Made by a program: the position numbers and the translations under genes | Notes under the pieces: generated by a model | Seen by the model: only the letters and a program-made list of their open reading frames with translations | What the model was told of the DNA's origin: nothing | The model's database searches: none | Part shown: piece after piece, positions 1 through 10,820 of the stretch | How the letters are laid out: every line of letters begins with the position of its first letter | How positions within the stretch are numbered: the stretch's first letter is position 1 | Source: Candidatus Latescibacterota bacterium | GTDB lineage: Bacteria > Latescibacterota > UBA2968 > GCA-2709665 | DNA: 64,000 nt | Reading direction: 5' to 3' | NCBI GenBank assembly: GCA_965248435.1 | Contig: OZ252100.1 | Coordinates: 5,088,001-5,152,000 of the forward strand

Positions 1-1537
1 AGACGGATCGTATCTTTTCCTCAGGATCCTCATCCTCGACCGTCCAGATGGACGATACACCGCAGGCGGTGGCGATGTCGTGGATCCCTATCGTCGGGCC
101 TCTTCGTCCATCACGTAGAAGCCCTCGGTCGGGCGTCTGCTGTCCGCCCGTCGTGTGTGACCCTCCGTTGTCGAACAGGAGCATCAGGAGGTCTGTCTCG
201 GTCACCCTGGCCTGCATCAGGGCGTTGACTCCGCCGTGATAGAAGGCGGAATCTCCGAAGGCCGCGACCGCTTTCTGTGCAAAACCCGTACGTTTGACCC
301 CCGCAGCAACGCTGATCGCGGATCCCATGGAATGTTTGGCGTCGAGGTGGCGCATGCCGGCGACGACGCAGCCTGGATCGGCCGCGATGAAGGGGTTCTG
401 ACCGAGCGCCTCCGCCTCTTCCCTGAACACCCCTAGAATCTGCTCAAACGGGCAGCCCGCGCACGGATTCTTCCTCTCCGGTTTTTCCTTTTCCCATTCC
501 GCTTCGGTGTATCGCCTGTCCGGAGAGAACCCCGGAAGATAGCTGCCCAGGGTCTCCTGGATGTGCCAGCGAAAGAGCTCCCCCTCCCAGTTGACGTGTC
601 CCGTGCGCTTGCCCAGGACCTTCGACGTGGCGCCCGCGTCGTAGCCGATCCATTTGATCGCGTCCTCGAGGTACGGCGACACCTCTTCGAGGACCAGCAC
701 CTCATCACAGCCCTTCAGGAATCGAGCGATGAGGTCCTTCGGAAGCGGGTAGAGCGCGCCGAGCTTGAGCCAGCAGATCTCCGATAGATCCGCTCCGGAG
801 ACGGCGTCCAGAAATTTGGTGTGGGCGAATCCGCCGGTCAAGACGCCCCGGGTGCCGGAACCTGAGATCTCGTTGAACGGGAGGTCCCCGAATCGCTCCT
901 CCGCGATCTCGAGGGCCCTATGGCGCCTGCGGTCATTCTCCACCGTGTTGATCGCCGTGGAGATCCAGCGCATCGGCTCCCGATCTATCGGACGCGCCGG
1001 CCGCTCTGCCGGGGCCTCGATTTCGGGCAGATCCTCGACCCGCTGCGTGAAACCCCGGGTCACCCGAACGATGACGAGGGTGCCGAGATCCTCGGAAAGA
1101 TCGAAGGCGAACCGCATCATCCGGCGTCCCTCGTCCGGGGTCGCCGGTTCGAGGATAGACACTTCCGCCAACGGGCCCTGGAGACGAGAATCCTGCTCGT
1201 TCTGAGAGCCCCAGGCGCCCGGATCATCCCCGATCATGACGACCAACCCGGGCGCTCCCGTCATGTTCAGGGTCATCAGGGTATCCGAGGCGACGTTCAT
1301 TCCGACGCTTTTGATACAGACGAGGACCCTGCGGCCTCCCTGCACCGCCCCCGCGGCCACGTCGAGCGCGACCTTCTCGTTCGTGCACCATTCGGTCTGA
1401 TGGCCATAAACTTCGGCGGTTTCGGTAAGCGTGTTGAACACACCGGTTCCTGGAGAACCCGGATAGCCGGTCACAAGGCTGACGCCCGCTTCAACTGCGC
1501 CCCAGGCAAGGGCGTGATCACCATCAATCTCTGGCAT
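1..1537 (-). CDS. iorA: Indolepyruvate ferredoxin oxidoreductase alpha subunit (partial, runs off the left end)
   Basis: Manual translation from ATG at 1537: MPEIDGDHALAWGAVEAGVSLVTGYPGSP...NEKVALDVAAG...KSVGMNVASD...DDPGAWGSQNEQDSR...CAGCP...DPGC...FDNGGSHTTGGQ. Not in the ORF track, consistent with no stop in the window. Confidence 0.9.
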   Translation of the reverse strand, partial: MPEIDGDHALAWGAVEAGVSLVTGYPGSPGTGVFNTLTETAEVYGHQTEWCTNEKVALDVAAGAVQGGRRVLVCIKSVGMNVASDTLMTLNMTGAPGLVVMIGDDPGAWGSQNEQDSRLQGPLAEVSILEPATPDEGRRMMRFAFDLSEDLGTLVIVRVTRGFTQRVEDLPEIEAPAERPARPIDREPMRWISTAINTVENDRRRHRALEIAEERFGDLPFNEISGSGTRGVLTGGFAHTKFLDAVSGADLSEICWLKLGALYPLPKDLIARFLKGCDEVLVLEEVSPYLEDAIKWIGYDAGATSKVLGKRTGHVNWEGELFRWHIQETLGSYLPGFSPDRRYTEAEWEKEKPERKNPCAGCPFEQILGVFREEAEALGQNPFIAADPGCVVAGMRHLDAKHSMGSAISVAAGVKRTGFAQKAVAAFGDSAFYHGGVNALMQARVTETDLLMLLFDNGGSHTTGGQQTPDRGLLRDGRRGPTIGIHDIATACGVSSIWTVEDEDPEEKIRSV

Positions 1538-1633
1538 CGTCTCAATCCTTTCTATGCGTCGTTTACGAATCTTTTACGATCGTGATGGTACAGCCCCGTT
1601 CGTGCATTGTCAAGGGGTTGAACCTTCTCTGGC

Positions 1634-3001
1634 CTAGATGAATCCGATCAGGGTCCAGTAGAGCAGGTTGAGGGGCAGCAGGAGAAAGAGGGTGACCAGG
1701 GAGATCAGGGTCATGACGATGACGAACTGACCGAGGCGTACATATCGAAAGCCGTAAGCGACGACGAAGGGCGCGGACTGATAGGGTAAGAAGATCGTAC
1801 CTGCGGCGGTCGCGATGCTGAGCGCGACAGGAAGGGCCGGCAGGCCGGCTCCCTCGGCGAAGTCAAGGATCGCGTGGCTGAGGATTCCGGCCACCGTCGC
1901 GGTGTCCATAAGGAAGTCGAACGGGACGACCATGAAGGTGACCGCGGCCAGTTGGAAAATCGTTTTCCCCCCAAGAAGTTCCAGCCAGCCCGTGGCGAGG
2001 GCGGCCAGATGTGTGTTCAGGCCGGTGCTCTCCATGGCGTAGCCCAGGGAGAAGAAGGCGGCGATGTAGATAAGCATGGGGAAGTTGGCGGTCTTCAGGT
2101 GTTCCGGCTTCAGGGGACCCCAGCCCGGAAGGGTGCAAAGCAGGACCAGGAGGAGGCCGATGTAGGCCGGATGGATGCCGTGAACGGCGTCGGAGGCCCA
2201 GAGGAGGACCCCGAGGACCAGGAGGAAAGCCATCTTCTTTTCACCCGTCGTAAGGGAATCGGAAAAGCCCCGCGAGTCGGGGGAGGGGATGGGCTCCCGG
2301 GGCAGCGGGAAGATGAGACGGATCAAGAGGTAACAGCAGGCGACCCTCAGGAGGCCGAAGACGGGATACATCAGGACGGCCCAACTGCCCCAGTAGATCG
2401 TAGAGCCCCGGGATTCCATAATCCCCAGGATGACCAGATTCGGGACGGAGGCAGTGAGGATCCCGGTGCCTGCGTAATAGGTCGAGCAGACGACGCCAAG
2501 GATCAGGGCGGCACAGACGGGCGATCCTGGCTTCTGATTTGTGGTCTTGATGAGCTGGACGACGATGGGCATCAGGAGAAGGACACGGACGAAGCCCGAA
2601 GGGATCAGGATGGCCATTCCGGCTCCGAGCAGGTGCAGGCCAAGGAGCAACCTGGTGTAGTTGCCCGTGCGGGCAATGACCCACCGCCCTACACGCTCGC
2701 TGAGCGCGGTCTCTTTCAGGCCATGGCTCAAAACCAGACCTGAGAAGACGAGCCAGATCGCCTTCTCGGAGAATGCGGCGAAGGCGCGAGGGAAGGGGAT
2801 CACTTCCAGAAGGGGGAAGAGCAGGAGGACCAGAAGGGAGGTGTATTCGACCGGGACGGGCTCGAAGGTCCAGAAGAAGACCGTAAAGAGCGTAATGCCC
2901 AGGGCGAGGCGGGCCGGCAGGTCGAGGTCGAGCGGAAGGAGCAGCGCGGCAGACACTCCAAGCGTGGCCAGGACGAGGCCGACTGTCTGTTTTAGATGCA
3001 T
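1634..3001 (-). CDS. SLC13/DASS family anion:sodium symporter
   Basis: 455 aa polytopic membrane protein; IPSGFVR, GILTASVPN and LPYQSAP motifs. Confidence 0.85.
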   Translation of the reverse strand: MHLKQTVGLVLATLGVSAALLLPLDLDLPARLALGITLFTVFFWTFEPVPVEYTSLLVLLLFPLLEVIPFPRAFAAFSEKAIWLVFSGLVLSHGLKETALSERVGRWVIARTGNYTRLLLGLHLLGAGMAILIPSGFVRVLLLMPIVVQLIKTTNQKPGSPVCAALILGVVCSTYYAGTGILTASVPNLVILGIMESRGSTIYWGSWAVLMYPVFGLLRVACCYLLIRLIFPLPREPIPSPDSRGFSDSLTTGEKKMAFLLVLGVLLWASDAVHGIHPAYIGLLLVLLCTLPGWGPLKPEHLKTANFPMLIYIAAFFSLGYAMESTGLNTHLAALATGWLELLGGKTIFQLAAVTFMVVPFDFLMDTATVAGILSHAILDFAEGAGLPALPVALSIATAAGTIFLPYQSAPFVVAYGFRYVRLGQFVIVMTLISLVTLFLLLPLNLLYWTLIGFI

Positions 3002-3198
3002 GGAACCGTCTGGTTTATGAGATAGGGGGAATCAAAGAGGAACAAGATACCTAAGTCCCTTGAAGTTTCCAATCCTTCCCATCATCTTACACGGGAGCAC
3101 CGGACCCTTGACAATCGAAGATGCGAGCGTGATATTCAGAGCCTCGAAACCTTTTTTGCAAGCCGGATTCGGCAGGATTCAAGGACGGAGGACGGAGG

Positions 3199-4200
3199 AT
3201 GAAAGCGGTGCGCTTCCTGGGAGACCGGAACCTGGAAATCGCTGAGTTTCCGGATCCGAGCGCAGGACAGGGCGAAGTCGTCGTCCAGATGAAGGCAGCC
3301 GCGGTCTGCGGCAGCGACCTGCACGGCTACCGGAGCGAGCAGGCCTGGCCGGTTATTCCTGGACACGAACCGTGTGGTGTGGTGGCAGAGACCGGTCCCG
3401 GGGTGACGAGATTCCAGGAAGGGGATCGGGTGATCGTCTACCACATCCAGGGGTGCGGCTTCTGCGGCACGTGCCGAAAAGGGTATCCGATGTATTGCAA
3501 AGAGAAGCAGGGCTACGGCGGGGACCGACACGGATCGGATGCCGACCTTGTCCTTGCGGCGGAACGGAACGTGTTTCTCCTGCCGGACGACATGACGTTC
3601 GCAGAGGGGGCATTTCTTGCGTGCAATGCGGGCACGGCTTACCAGTCGGCCCTGGAGCTTGACCTGACCGGGGAAGATACGGTGGTCATTTACGGGCTGG
3701 GTCCTGTCGGACAGTGTGAGATCGTGGTGGCCAAAGCGTTCGGGGCGAGGGTGATCGCCGTCGACCCCGTGGCCGAACGACGCAGGCTTGCAGAGGCGGT
3801 GGGTGCGGACGAGGTGCTGGACGGCTCGAAGGAGGACGTCGTCGACAGGGTGAAGGCGCTAACCGGCGGGGAAGGCCCCCCAGCGGCCTTCGATTTCACG
3901 GGCGTCCCTCAGGCACGGCAGAACGCGCTCGATTCCGTGTGCCCGTTCGGGCGAGTCGGGCTGATCGGTATGCCCTGGTCGCCCGAGATTTCCTACCGGG
4001 GTCACGGATACATCAAGGTTACGGCGAACTGGATCTTTCCCTCGACTGCCTACGAGGAGATCGTGGCGTTTTTCAGGAGAAACCGACTGCCGTTGGACAG
4101 GATCATCACGGATCGTTACCCGATTTCCGAGGCCGAGCGGGCGTTTGAAGTCTATGACCGGCACGGAACGGTGGGTAAGGTTTTGTTTGAATGGCCGTAG
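3199..4200 (+). CDS. Zinc-binding (MDR) alcohol dehydrogenase
   Basis: CGSDLH, GHE, CGFCGTC...C and GLGPVG motifs; GGAGG RBS. Confidence 0.92.
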   Translation: MKAVRFLGDRNLEIAEFPDPSAGQGEVVVQMKAAAVCGSDLHGYRSEQAWPVIPGHEPCGVVAETGPGVTRFQEGDRVIVYHIQGCGFCGTCRKGYPMYCKEKQGYGGDRHGSDADLVLAAERNVFLLPDDMTFAEGAFLACNAGTAYQSALELDLTGEDTVVIYGLGPVGQCEIVVAKAFGARVIAVDPVAERRRLAEAVGADEVLDGSKEDVVDRVKALTGGEGPPAAFDFTGVPQARQNALDSVCPFGRVGLIGMPWSPEISYRGHGYIKVTANWIFPSTAYEEIVAFFRRNRLPLDRIITDRYPISEAERAFEVYDRHGTVGKVLFEWP

Positions 4201-4438
4201 GTAAGTGATTCGTGGATCGTGAATCGTCGTTCGCAATCCAGACATCGTAGAGGCATGCCCTACAGGTCATTTGGATCGCGAGTAATTGGGTTCGAATAGG
4301 GAACCACGATACCCGCTTTTACGGTACCCGGTACCCGTGTTTTGGTTCCCCGGTACCCGGTTCTTACGATCCACGCGATCACTAGAAATGGCGCGGTATA
4401 CTTCGGAGTGAAGATCGGAAGATAGGCCAGGAAGAAAC

Positions 4439-5098
4439 TCACTCAACAGGCCGATGGTCCGGAGGCGGCGAGTAGGGCCGCGTGACCTCGACTTCGTACT
4501 CCGAATCTGCGATGAGCCCGGCCCGGTTCATGAGAGACAGAAGACGATTCCTGGCCCGCAGAGCGGGGTCTGGATCACTCAGGCGGGGCGCATTCTGCGG
4601 GCTCAGGGCGAGATGACACAGGAGGAGGGCCTCGCCCAGGTTCAATCGGTCGTGTGCGATGCCGAAGTAGACGCGGGCCGCTTCGGCGAAGCCCTGGATG
4701 GGGCTGCCATTCACGCTGCCCACGAAAGCCCGGTTGAGGCAGAACGCAGCCAGGGTTTTCCTGGAATAGCCGTGTGCGAGGAGTGCAGCGTAGCCGATCC
4801 TCCTTGTGGTCTGTTCGACCTCGCTTCCTTGCTCGACGATCAGCCTGGCGAAGGTCCCGCTTAAGTCGGGGAGACCGAGACGCGGGCTTCCCATCGCCCT
4901 GGCGAAGCCTGGATGATGGAAGGCCTCCAGCGCACGCAAGAGGGGCCCCGCGAAGGCGGAATAGGGGAGGTCGTTCGGGGCGGGCTCCAGCACACGGTCC
5001 AGTTCCTGAGAAAAACTCAACAGGACGAGACCGACGAACAGGGAGAAGATGATCACGAACGCAAGAAGAAATGCGAAACGGGTCGCGTTGTTTCTCAT
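4439..5098 (-). CDS. Membrane-anchored transglycosylase-domain protein (degenerate motifs)
   Basis: N-terminal TM; GFAEAARVYFG, LNLGEALLL...SP and ARNRLLSLM...GLI resemble the GT51 C-terminal motifs. Confidence 0.65.
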   Translation of the reverse strand: MRNNATRFAFLLAFVIIFSLFVGLVLLSFSQELDRVLEPAPNDLPYSAFAGPLLRALEAFHHPGFARAMGSPRLGLPDLSGTFARLIVEQGSEVEQTTRRIGYAALLAHGYSRKTLAAFCLNRAFVGSVNGSPIQGFAEAARVYFGIAHDRLNLGEALLLCHLALSPQNAPRLSDPDPALRARNRLLSLMNRAGLIADSEYEVEVTRPYSPPPDHRPVE

Positions 5099-5152
5099 TA
5101 TTGCTTGGAGTCCCTTTTGGCTTGAACCTTCTCAGTCAGGGATCATTGGCCG

Positions 5153-5743
5153 ATGAACAGGCGCAGGCAAGGGTTGGATCCACAGGTTGACGAAGAGTGG
5201 GGAATCGTGTCGGCGGACACCCTCCAGGGTGAGCGCGAGGACACGCGGTCAGTCTTGGCTGGTGTCCAGGTCTTTGAGTCGTTGTCTCCAGAGGAACTCG
5301 GCCTGGTTGACCGGATCGTCCACCGGCGGGTCTACAACCCCATGGAGGTGATCGTCAATCAGGGCGTACCTGGCGTCGGCATGTACATCATAGAAAGCGG
5401 GAGCGCAGAGGTGGTTCTGGATGCAGACGACGGTCGGCGAACACGGCTGGCGACGCTTACCGATGGAAACTTTTTCGGAGAGATGTCTCTGCTGGATGGA
5501 TCCGCTCGAGCTGCCTCAGTCGTCGCCACAGAGAGATCGCAACTTATCGGGTTTTTTCGTGCAGATTTGATGGACCTAATCGCTCGGAGTCCGAGGCTCG
5601 GCTTCAAGATCGTTTCTCACATCACGCAGCTGCTGGCGGAGCGACTGAGGAGCACGGTGAAGGAGTACCGCAGCCTCGAAGCTTCGCTTGGGGATCTTGA
5701 AGTGCACGAACAGGAGGACGAATTGGATCCGAGTCAGGTCTGA
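5153..5743 (+). CDS. Cyclic nucleotide-binding domain protein
   Basis: FFGEMSLLDGSARAASVVA phosphate-binding cassette; no HTH seen. Confidence 0.88.
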   Translation: MNRRRQGLDPQVDEEWGIVSADTLQGEREDTRSVLAGVQVFESLSPEELGLVDRIVHRRVYNPMEVIVNQGVPGVGMYIIESGSAEVVLDADDGRRTRLATLTDGNFFGEMSLLDGSARAASVVATERSQLIGFFRADLMDLIARSPRLGFKIVSHITQLLAERLRSTVKEYRSLEASLGDLEVHEQEDELDPSQV

Positions 5744-5802
5744 CGTGTTCGTTTATTCGTTCACCCAATAACGGGATAGGTCAAGCTTAATGAAAGAGAG
5801 AG

Positions 5803-6903
5803 TTGTTCGTGGATAAAGAGGCCTGGAAGACGTGGGGCCAGGTGATCCTGCTGGCCTGTGTGCTCTACGTCTTTCTTGTGAGCATTGGTCTGATGGGCGG
5901 GGCCTTCAAGCTGTTTGGTAAGGGATTTGCACAGCAGCTCGTCGCCGCGACTTCCAATCCCTTCGTCGGTCTATTTTCAGGCATCCTGGCCACGACCCTC
6001 GTACAGAGTTCATCCACGACGACGTCGATTACCGTGGGACTCGTGGCCGCTGGGGGCCTCACGATAGAGGGCGCTATCCCCATCGTCATGGGGGCCAACA
6101 TCGGCACGAGCGTCACGAACACGCTCGTTTCCATGGGTCACATCACGCGCCGTGAAGAGTTCAGGAGAGCGCTTGCAGGCGCGACGGTGCACGACTTTTT
6201 TAACTTGATCAGCGTGGTCGTACTGTTTCCCCTCGAGCTCTTCACGGGCTACATGAGAACCGTTTCCAGTTACGTCGCCCAGGGTTTTATCGGGGTCGGC
6301 GGGCTTCAGTTTACCAGTCCAATTAAAACGGCCGTAAAACCGTCCGTGAACCTGCTGATCGGTCTCATGGAAAGTAACGGCACGCTGATCCTCATCGTTT
6401 CCTTGGTGATGATGTATTTGGCCCTCAAATTCCTCGTAGACCTTGCCAGAGGGCTGGTGGTTCAAAAGGCGGAGCGGTTCCTTCACAAGTACATGTTCGG
6501 GGCTCCACTCCTGGCCATGCTGTTTGGAGCGGTGTTGACGGTTCTGGTTCAGAGCAGCTCGATTTCAACCTCGTTGATCATCCCACTCGTGGGAGCGGGC
6601 ATCATTACTCTCGAGCAGATCTTTCCGTATACTCTGGGGGCCAACGTCGGAACGACGGTTACCGCCATGCTGGCGGCCCTCTCTACGGCCAACGTCGCAG
6701 CGATCACGATCGCCTTCGCCCATCTCTTTTTCAATCTGAGTGGCATTGTTCTGGTTTACCCCGTGAGGCTCATCAGAAAGATTCCAATCAAGATGGCCAC
6801 CCTGCTCGCCGAGGTCACGAGCCGCAAAAGGGCACTGGCGGTGGCGTATATCGTGCTGGTTTTCTATATTATTCCTCTGGGCGTCGTTTTTTTGTGGAGG
6901 TAA
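5803..6903 (+). CDS. nptA: Na+/phosphate cotransporter (NptA/SLC34 family)
   Basis: Two QSSS repeats, GANIGTSVT and GANVGTTVT. Confidence 0.9.
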   Translation: MFVDKEAWKTWGQVILLACVLYVFLVSIGLMGGAFKLFGKGFAQQLVAATSNPFVGLFSGILATTLVQSSSTTTSITVGLVAAGGLTIEGAIPIVMGANIGTSVTNTLVSMGHITRREEFRRALAGATVHDFFNLISVVVLFPLELFTGYMRTVSSYVAQGFIGVGGLQFTSPIKTAVKPSVNLLIGLMESNGTLILIVSLVMMYLALKFLVDLARGLVVQKAERFLHKYMFGAPLLAMLFGAVLTVLVQSSSISTSLIIPLVGAGIITLEQIFPYTLGANVGTTVTAMLAALSTANVAAITIAFAHLFFNLSGIVLVYPVRLIRKIPIKMATLLAEVTSRKRALAVAYIVLVFYIIPLGVVFLWR

Positions 6904-6910
6904 AAGCGGG

Positions 6911-7564
6911 ATGCTAAGAAGAATCTGGAAGGGTGAAGAGACGAGTGGGCTGATCTATGACGCGCTCGAGGAAGTCTATGCCATGCTGGAGCGCGAGGAG
7001 TCTATGTTCAAGGCCGTTTGCGATCTTCTATTCCTGGGCAAGGAACTTACGGTGGACGTCCTCCTTCAAGACGAAGATATCAACATGGGTGAACGGATGG
7101 TGCGCCGTATGGTATTCGAGCATCTTTCCCTGAATCCGAAACGAGACCTCCCAGCCAGCGTGTCCCTCATCAGCGTCGTCCACGACGCGGAGCGGATCGG
7201 CGATTACACCAAGAGCCTTTTGGAGTTGGTCAAGTGGCGTTCAGAATCGGTTTCCGGACAGAAGTATTGCCCCAGCTGTTCAGAAATCAGGGAGAAGATC
7301 GAGCCGCTGTTTGGAATGACACTCGAAGCATTCAGGGAAGGCGATTCAGAACTGGCGCGGGAGGTGATGCGACGGCACCGAGAGATCAAGACTCAAACAG
7401 ACGTCTACGTCGAATCCATGATGCAGGATCCCGAAGTCGGCCGTGAGGGCATCGTTTTCAGCTTCGCATCGCGTTTTCTGAGGCGAATCAGCGCTCACCT
7501 TTCGAACATCTCATCCAGCATTGCCAATCCGTTTGACCGGATTGGGAAAGACGACGAGCCTTAA
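6911..7564 (+). CDS. PhoU-domain protein
   Basis: DAERIGDY motif; helical; directly after nptA. Confidence 0.85.
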   Translation: MLRRIWKGEETSGLIYDALEEVYAMLEREESMFKAVCDLLFLGKELTVDVLLQDEDINMGERMVRRMVFEHLSLNPKRDLPASVSLISVVHDAERIGDYTKSLLELVKWRSESVSGQKYCPSCSEIREKIEPLFGMTLEAFREGDSELAREVMRRHREIKTQTDVYVESMMQDPEVGREGIVFSFASRFLRRISAHLSNISSSIANPFDRIGKDDEP

Positions 7565-7565
7565 A

Positions 7566-8492
7566 TCAGCGGAGTTCCCCGACTTCATCGGCTTCCAAAA
7601 AGGCCGATACATATTCTGCCTTGGCTTCGCGGGCATCGAGAACAAGACCGTAGAGGGCCCTGAAGGCTGATGTATGCCTTCGGATGCCACGCTTCTCGCT
7701 GCAGAAGTCGACCAGGATATCCTCCAGTACTTCGAGATCGTGCCACTTTCCAAGCGTCTCTTGAAGGACCTTCAGCCTGGAGATCTGTTCCTCTACGTCG
7801 TGGGTTTGAAGGCCTTTCGCGACCTCCAGGATATATCTCAGCCGTTTTGCCGCGATACGCACATTGTGCAGGTCCTTCGGAAGGCGTGTTTTTCGAGCCA
7901 GAGCGGATGCCTCTCGAAATTCCTCTTCTCTGCGGGCCAGTTTCGACGCGATACGCTTGACAACCTTCCCTGTGTCTGGACCGTCCGAGAAGCATTCATC
8001 GAGTAGATCCTCGAGCCGGATTTTCGAATCCCGAAGCTTCAGTCTTTCCAGCCCTTCGCGAAGGTCCGCCTGAATTTCCTCCCGCCTCGATCGCAGATGG
8101 GTCTGCAGGAGCTTTACACCGCGGTCCAGATCGGACGTTGCCTCCTCTTGTTTGCCGTTCCCAATGATCTCTATCACGACGTCCACGTCTCTTGCAAGCG
8201 TCTGAAGGCGGCGGGCCTTGCGGATTTCGCCCAAGACATCCGCCCTGTCGCCCGTCTTCGGCAGGACCACCTGAAGGATTTCCTGAAGACGACGACTCGC
8301 AACACGCATGTCGTGGACCGCGTCGGGGTCATCACCGCGCAGGACGGCATCCAGGGGCGAAAAGAATGCCTGCATCTGGGTCTGCAGCGCCTGCTTCAAC
8401 AGGCTGCTCACCGAGGTCACTTGCTCTGTCATGAACTCTATTCGGAAAGAAATCTGGCCAGGTCCCGTCGACCTGGCCTGGTCTGTTTTCAA
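7566..8492 (-). CDS. CHAD-domain polyphosphate-binding protein
   Basis: VHDMRVASRRL, RDVDV, LHNVRIAAKRLRY and LGKWHD. Start may be 8432. Confidence 0.92.
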   Translation of the reverse strand: MKTDQARSTGPGQISFRIEFMTEQVTSVSSLLKQALQTQMQAFFSPLDAVLRGDDPDAVHDMRVASRRLQEILQVVLPKTGDRADVLGEIRKARRLQTLARDVDVVIEIIGNGKQEEATSDLDRGVKLLQTHLRSRREEIQADLREGLERLKLRDSKIRLEDLLDECFSDGPDTGKVVKRIASKLARREEEFREASALARKTRLPKDLHNVRIAAKRLRYILEVAKGLQTHDVEEQISRLKVLQETLGKWHDLEVLEDILVDFCSEKRGIRRHTSAFRALYGLVLDAREAKAEYVSAFLEADEVGELR

Positions 8493-8513
8493 CCGCTGGG
8501 CTGATTCACGATG

Positions 8514-10676
8514 CTATCGGGACTGTTTCGCTTTCGACCGTTGTCCAGCACCTCGATGCGGTCCGTTTGAAGGCGGCCTGACGAGGGATCCGGAAAAGAA
8601 ATCTGGAATTTCGGGATGCTCACCCAGCGCCAGGGCCATCATCGCATCCTGCAGAGAAATAGGAGACTTGCCGTCGGTGAGGGCCAGGCGTCGGTAAGAT
8701 CCGTCAGTCTGAAGTTCCCAGGCCTGGAGGGTATCGGCGGTACAGCCGGAGAGCATTTGCGTTCGGATCTTCCGTTTGAGGTCCGGGTCCTCGACCGGAC
8801 AGAGGACCTCCACCCGCCTCCGCAGGTTTCGGGGCATCCAGTCGGCACTGCCGATGTAGACCTCCGGGTTTCCACCATTCTCGAACGAGTAGATTCGGCT
8901 GTGTTCCAGGTACCGGCCCACGATGCTTCGGACACGGATCCGATCGCTGACACCCGGAATTCCCGGGCGAAGGCAGCAGATTCCGCGTACGGTCAAGTCG
9001 ATGTCCACACCACTCTGGGATGCCTCGTAAAGTGCGCGGATTACGCTCGAATCCTGCAGGGCGTTCATCTTGGCCACAATCCGCGCGGGCCGACCCCCCT
9101 TTGCGTGCCCTATTTCGCGGTGGATCTTGTCCAGGATTCCGTCGAGCATGGTAAAAGGCGCGACGAGAAACTTTCTGATCTGGGGGTCCGGAGACTGCGT
9201 GGTGAGCAGATTAAAGACCTCTGCCACATCGGCGGTGATATCCTCTCGGGCGGTCATCAGTCCGAGATCGGTGTAGAGTCTGGCCGTGACCGGGTTGTAG
9301 TTTCCGGTGCCGATGTGGGCGTAACGCCGAGGGCCGTCGGCGTCATTTCGGATGACCAGAGAGAGTTTGCAGTGGGTTTTCAGTCCGACCACCCCGTAGA
9401 CGACGCAGACCCCCGCATCCTGAAGTCTCTGCGCCCATCGGATGTTGGACGCCTCATCGAATCGGGCCTTCAGTTCCACCACAACGGTCACTTCCTTGCC
9501 GGCTTCCCCGGCATCGGTCAACGCCTCTATGATGGGTGATTCCTCGTTGGTTCGATAGAGCGTCTGTTTGATCGCCAGGACATCGGGATCCTCTGCAGCG
9601 GAAGTCACAAACTGTTCGACCGATTTGAAGGAGTCAAAAGGATGATGCAGAAGGATATCGCGCTGTCGGATCTCTGCAAACAGGGTGTCCATCTCTTCAC
9701 TGAACTTATGTTCGGCCGGCTGGAATGGAGGATATTTCAGGTCTGGCCGGGAGGTGGCGGTGTAGAGCATCATGAGCCGATTCAGGTTTACGGGTCCTTC
9801 CGCGAGGTAGACCTGGTCTTCTCGGAGGTTGTAGATGGCCTTGAGGCGCCGGACGATCGGTTCGGGTGCATTGGCGTCTATCTCGAGCCGGACCGTCGCC
9901 CCTCTCCGCCTCCTTCTGAGCTCGTCTTCGATGGCCGTCAGCAGGTCCTGGGCCTCTTCTTCGTTCAGGTAGAGGTCGCTGTTCCGTGTGATTCGGAAGG
10001 CCGCCGTCGCCAGAATCCGGTATCCCCGGAAGAGTTCGGGGATGTGTGCCCTCACCAGATCGGCCAGGAAGACGTAATCGACACGACGCCCCTCCTCTTC
10101 CCTGGGCAGGCGGATAATCCGGGGAAGGAGGCGCGGGACGGTGACGACCCCGAAGATCGTCTCATTCTCTTTTCCGCGCAGGAGCACGGCCAGACAGAGC
10201 GCCTTGTTCACGACGCGGGGAAAGGGGTGTGCCGGGTTCACGGTAAGCGGGGTCAGGACCGGGTGGAGCTCCTGTTGACAGTAGTCCTGAATGAATTTTC
10301 GCTCGAATTCGGACAGGCTCTCGAGAGACCTGATGTGAACGTCCGCCTCGCGAAGCTCCGAAAGGAGTTCGTCGTTCCAGCAAGCGTACTGGTCCTGCAC
10401 GAGGCGATGCGCCTCTTCTGAGATCGCCTCCAGCTGTTCCTGGGGGAGCATGCCATCGGAGTGAGACTCGGCCAGGCCGGCCTCCGTCTGTTGAAGCAGT
10501 CCGGCGACACGGACCTCGAAAAACTCGTCCAGGTTGTTGGCCGCGATGGCGAGGAACTTGACGCGTTCCAGAAGGGGATTCCGAAGATTCCGGGCCTCCT
10601 GAAGCACACGCTGGTTGAAGCTCAACCAGGAGAGCTCCCTGTTGATGTAGAGCTGGGGGTCTTGAAGATCTTCCAT
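8514..10676 (-). CDS. ppk1: Polyphosphate kinase 1
   Basis: NRELSWLSFNQRVL, ELKARFDE, KTHCK and SADWMPRNL. Confidence 0.97.
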   Translation of the reverse strand: MEDLQDPQLYINRELSWLSFNQRVLQEARNLRNPLLERVKFLAIAANNLDEFFEVRVAGLLQQTEAGLAESHSDGMLPQEQLEAISEEAHRLVQDQYACWNDELLSELREADVHIRSLESLSEFERKFIQDYCQQELHPVLTPLTVNPAHPFPRVVNKALCLAVLLRGKENETIFGVVTVPRLLPRIIRLPREEEGRRVDYVFLADLVRAHIPELFRGYRILATAAFRITRNSDLYLNEEEAQDLLTAIEDELRRRRRGATVRLEIDANAPEPIVRRLKAIYNLREDQVYLAEGPVNLNRLMMLYTATSRPDLKYPPFQPAEHKFSEEMDTLFAEIRQRDILLHHPFDSFKSVEQFVTSAAEDPDVLAIKQTLYRTNEESPIIEALTDAGEAGKEVTVVVELKARFDEASNIRWAQRLQDAGVCVVYGVVGLKTHCKLSLVIRNDADGPRRYAHIGTGNYNPVTARLYTDLGLMTAREDITADVAEVFNLLTTQSPDPQIRKFLVAPFTMLDGILDKIHREIGHAKGGRPARIVAKMNALQDSSVIRALYEASQSGVDIDLTVRGICCLRPGIPGVSDRIRVRSIVGRYLEHSRIYSFENGGNPEVYIGSADWMPRNLRRRVEVLCPVEDPDLKRKIRTQMLSGCTADTLQAWELQTDGSYRRLALTDGKSPISLQDAMMALALGEHPEIPDFFSGSLVRPPSNGPHRGAGQRSKAKQSR

Positions 10677-10820
10677 AAGTGCTTTGCCTTTAAGTGGGAT
10701 CCGTCCGCTGCCACCCCTCGAAAATACTTGGATATGCCCTCCATGTCAATCTCAAACGAACGTATCCGAGAGCAGAATTATTTTCCTAATGTGTTGTAGA
10801 ACATTTATTTATGGGCATAT

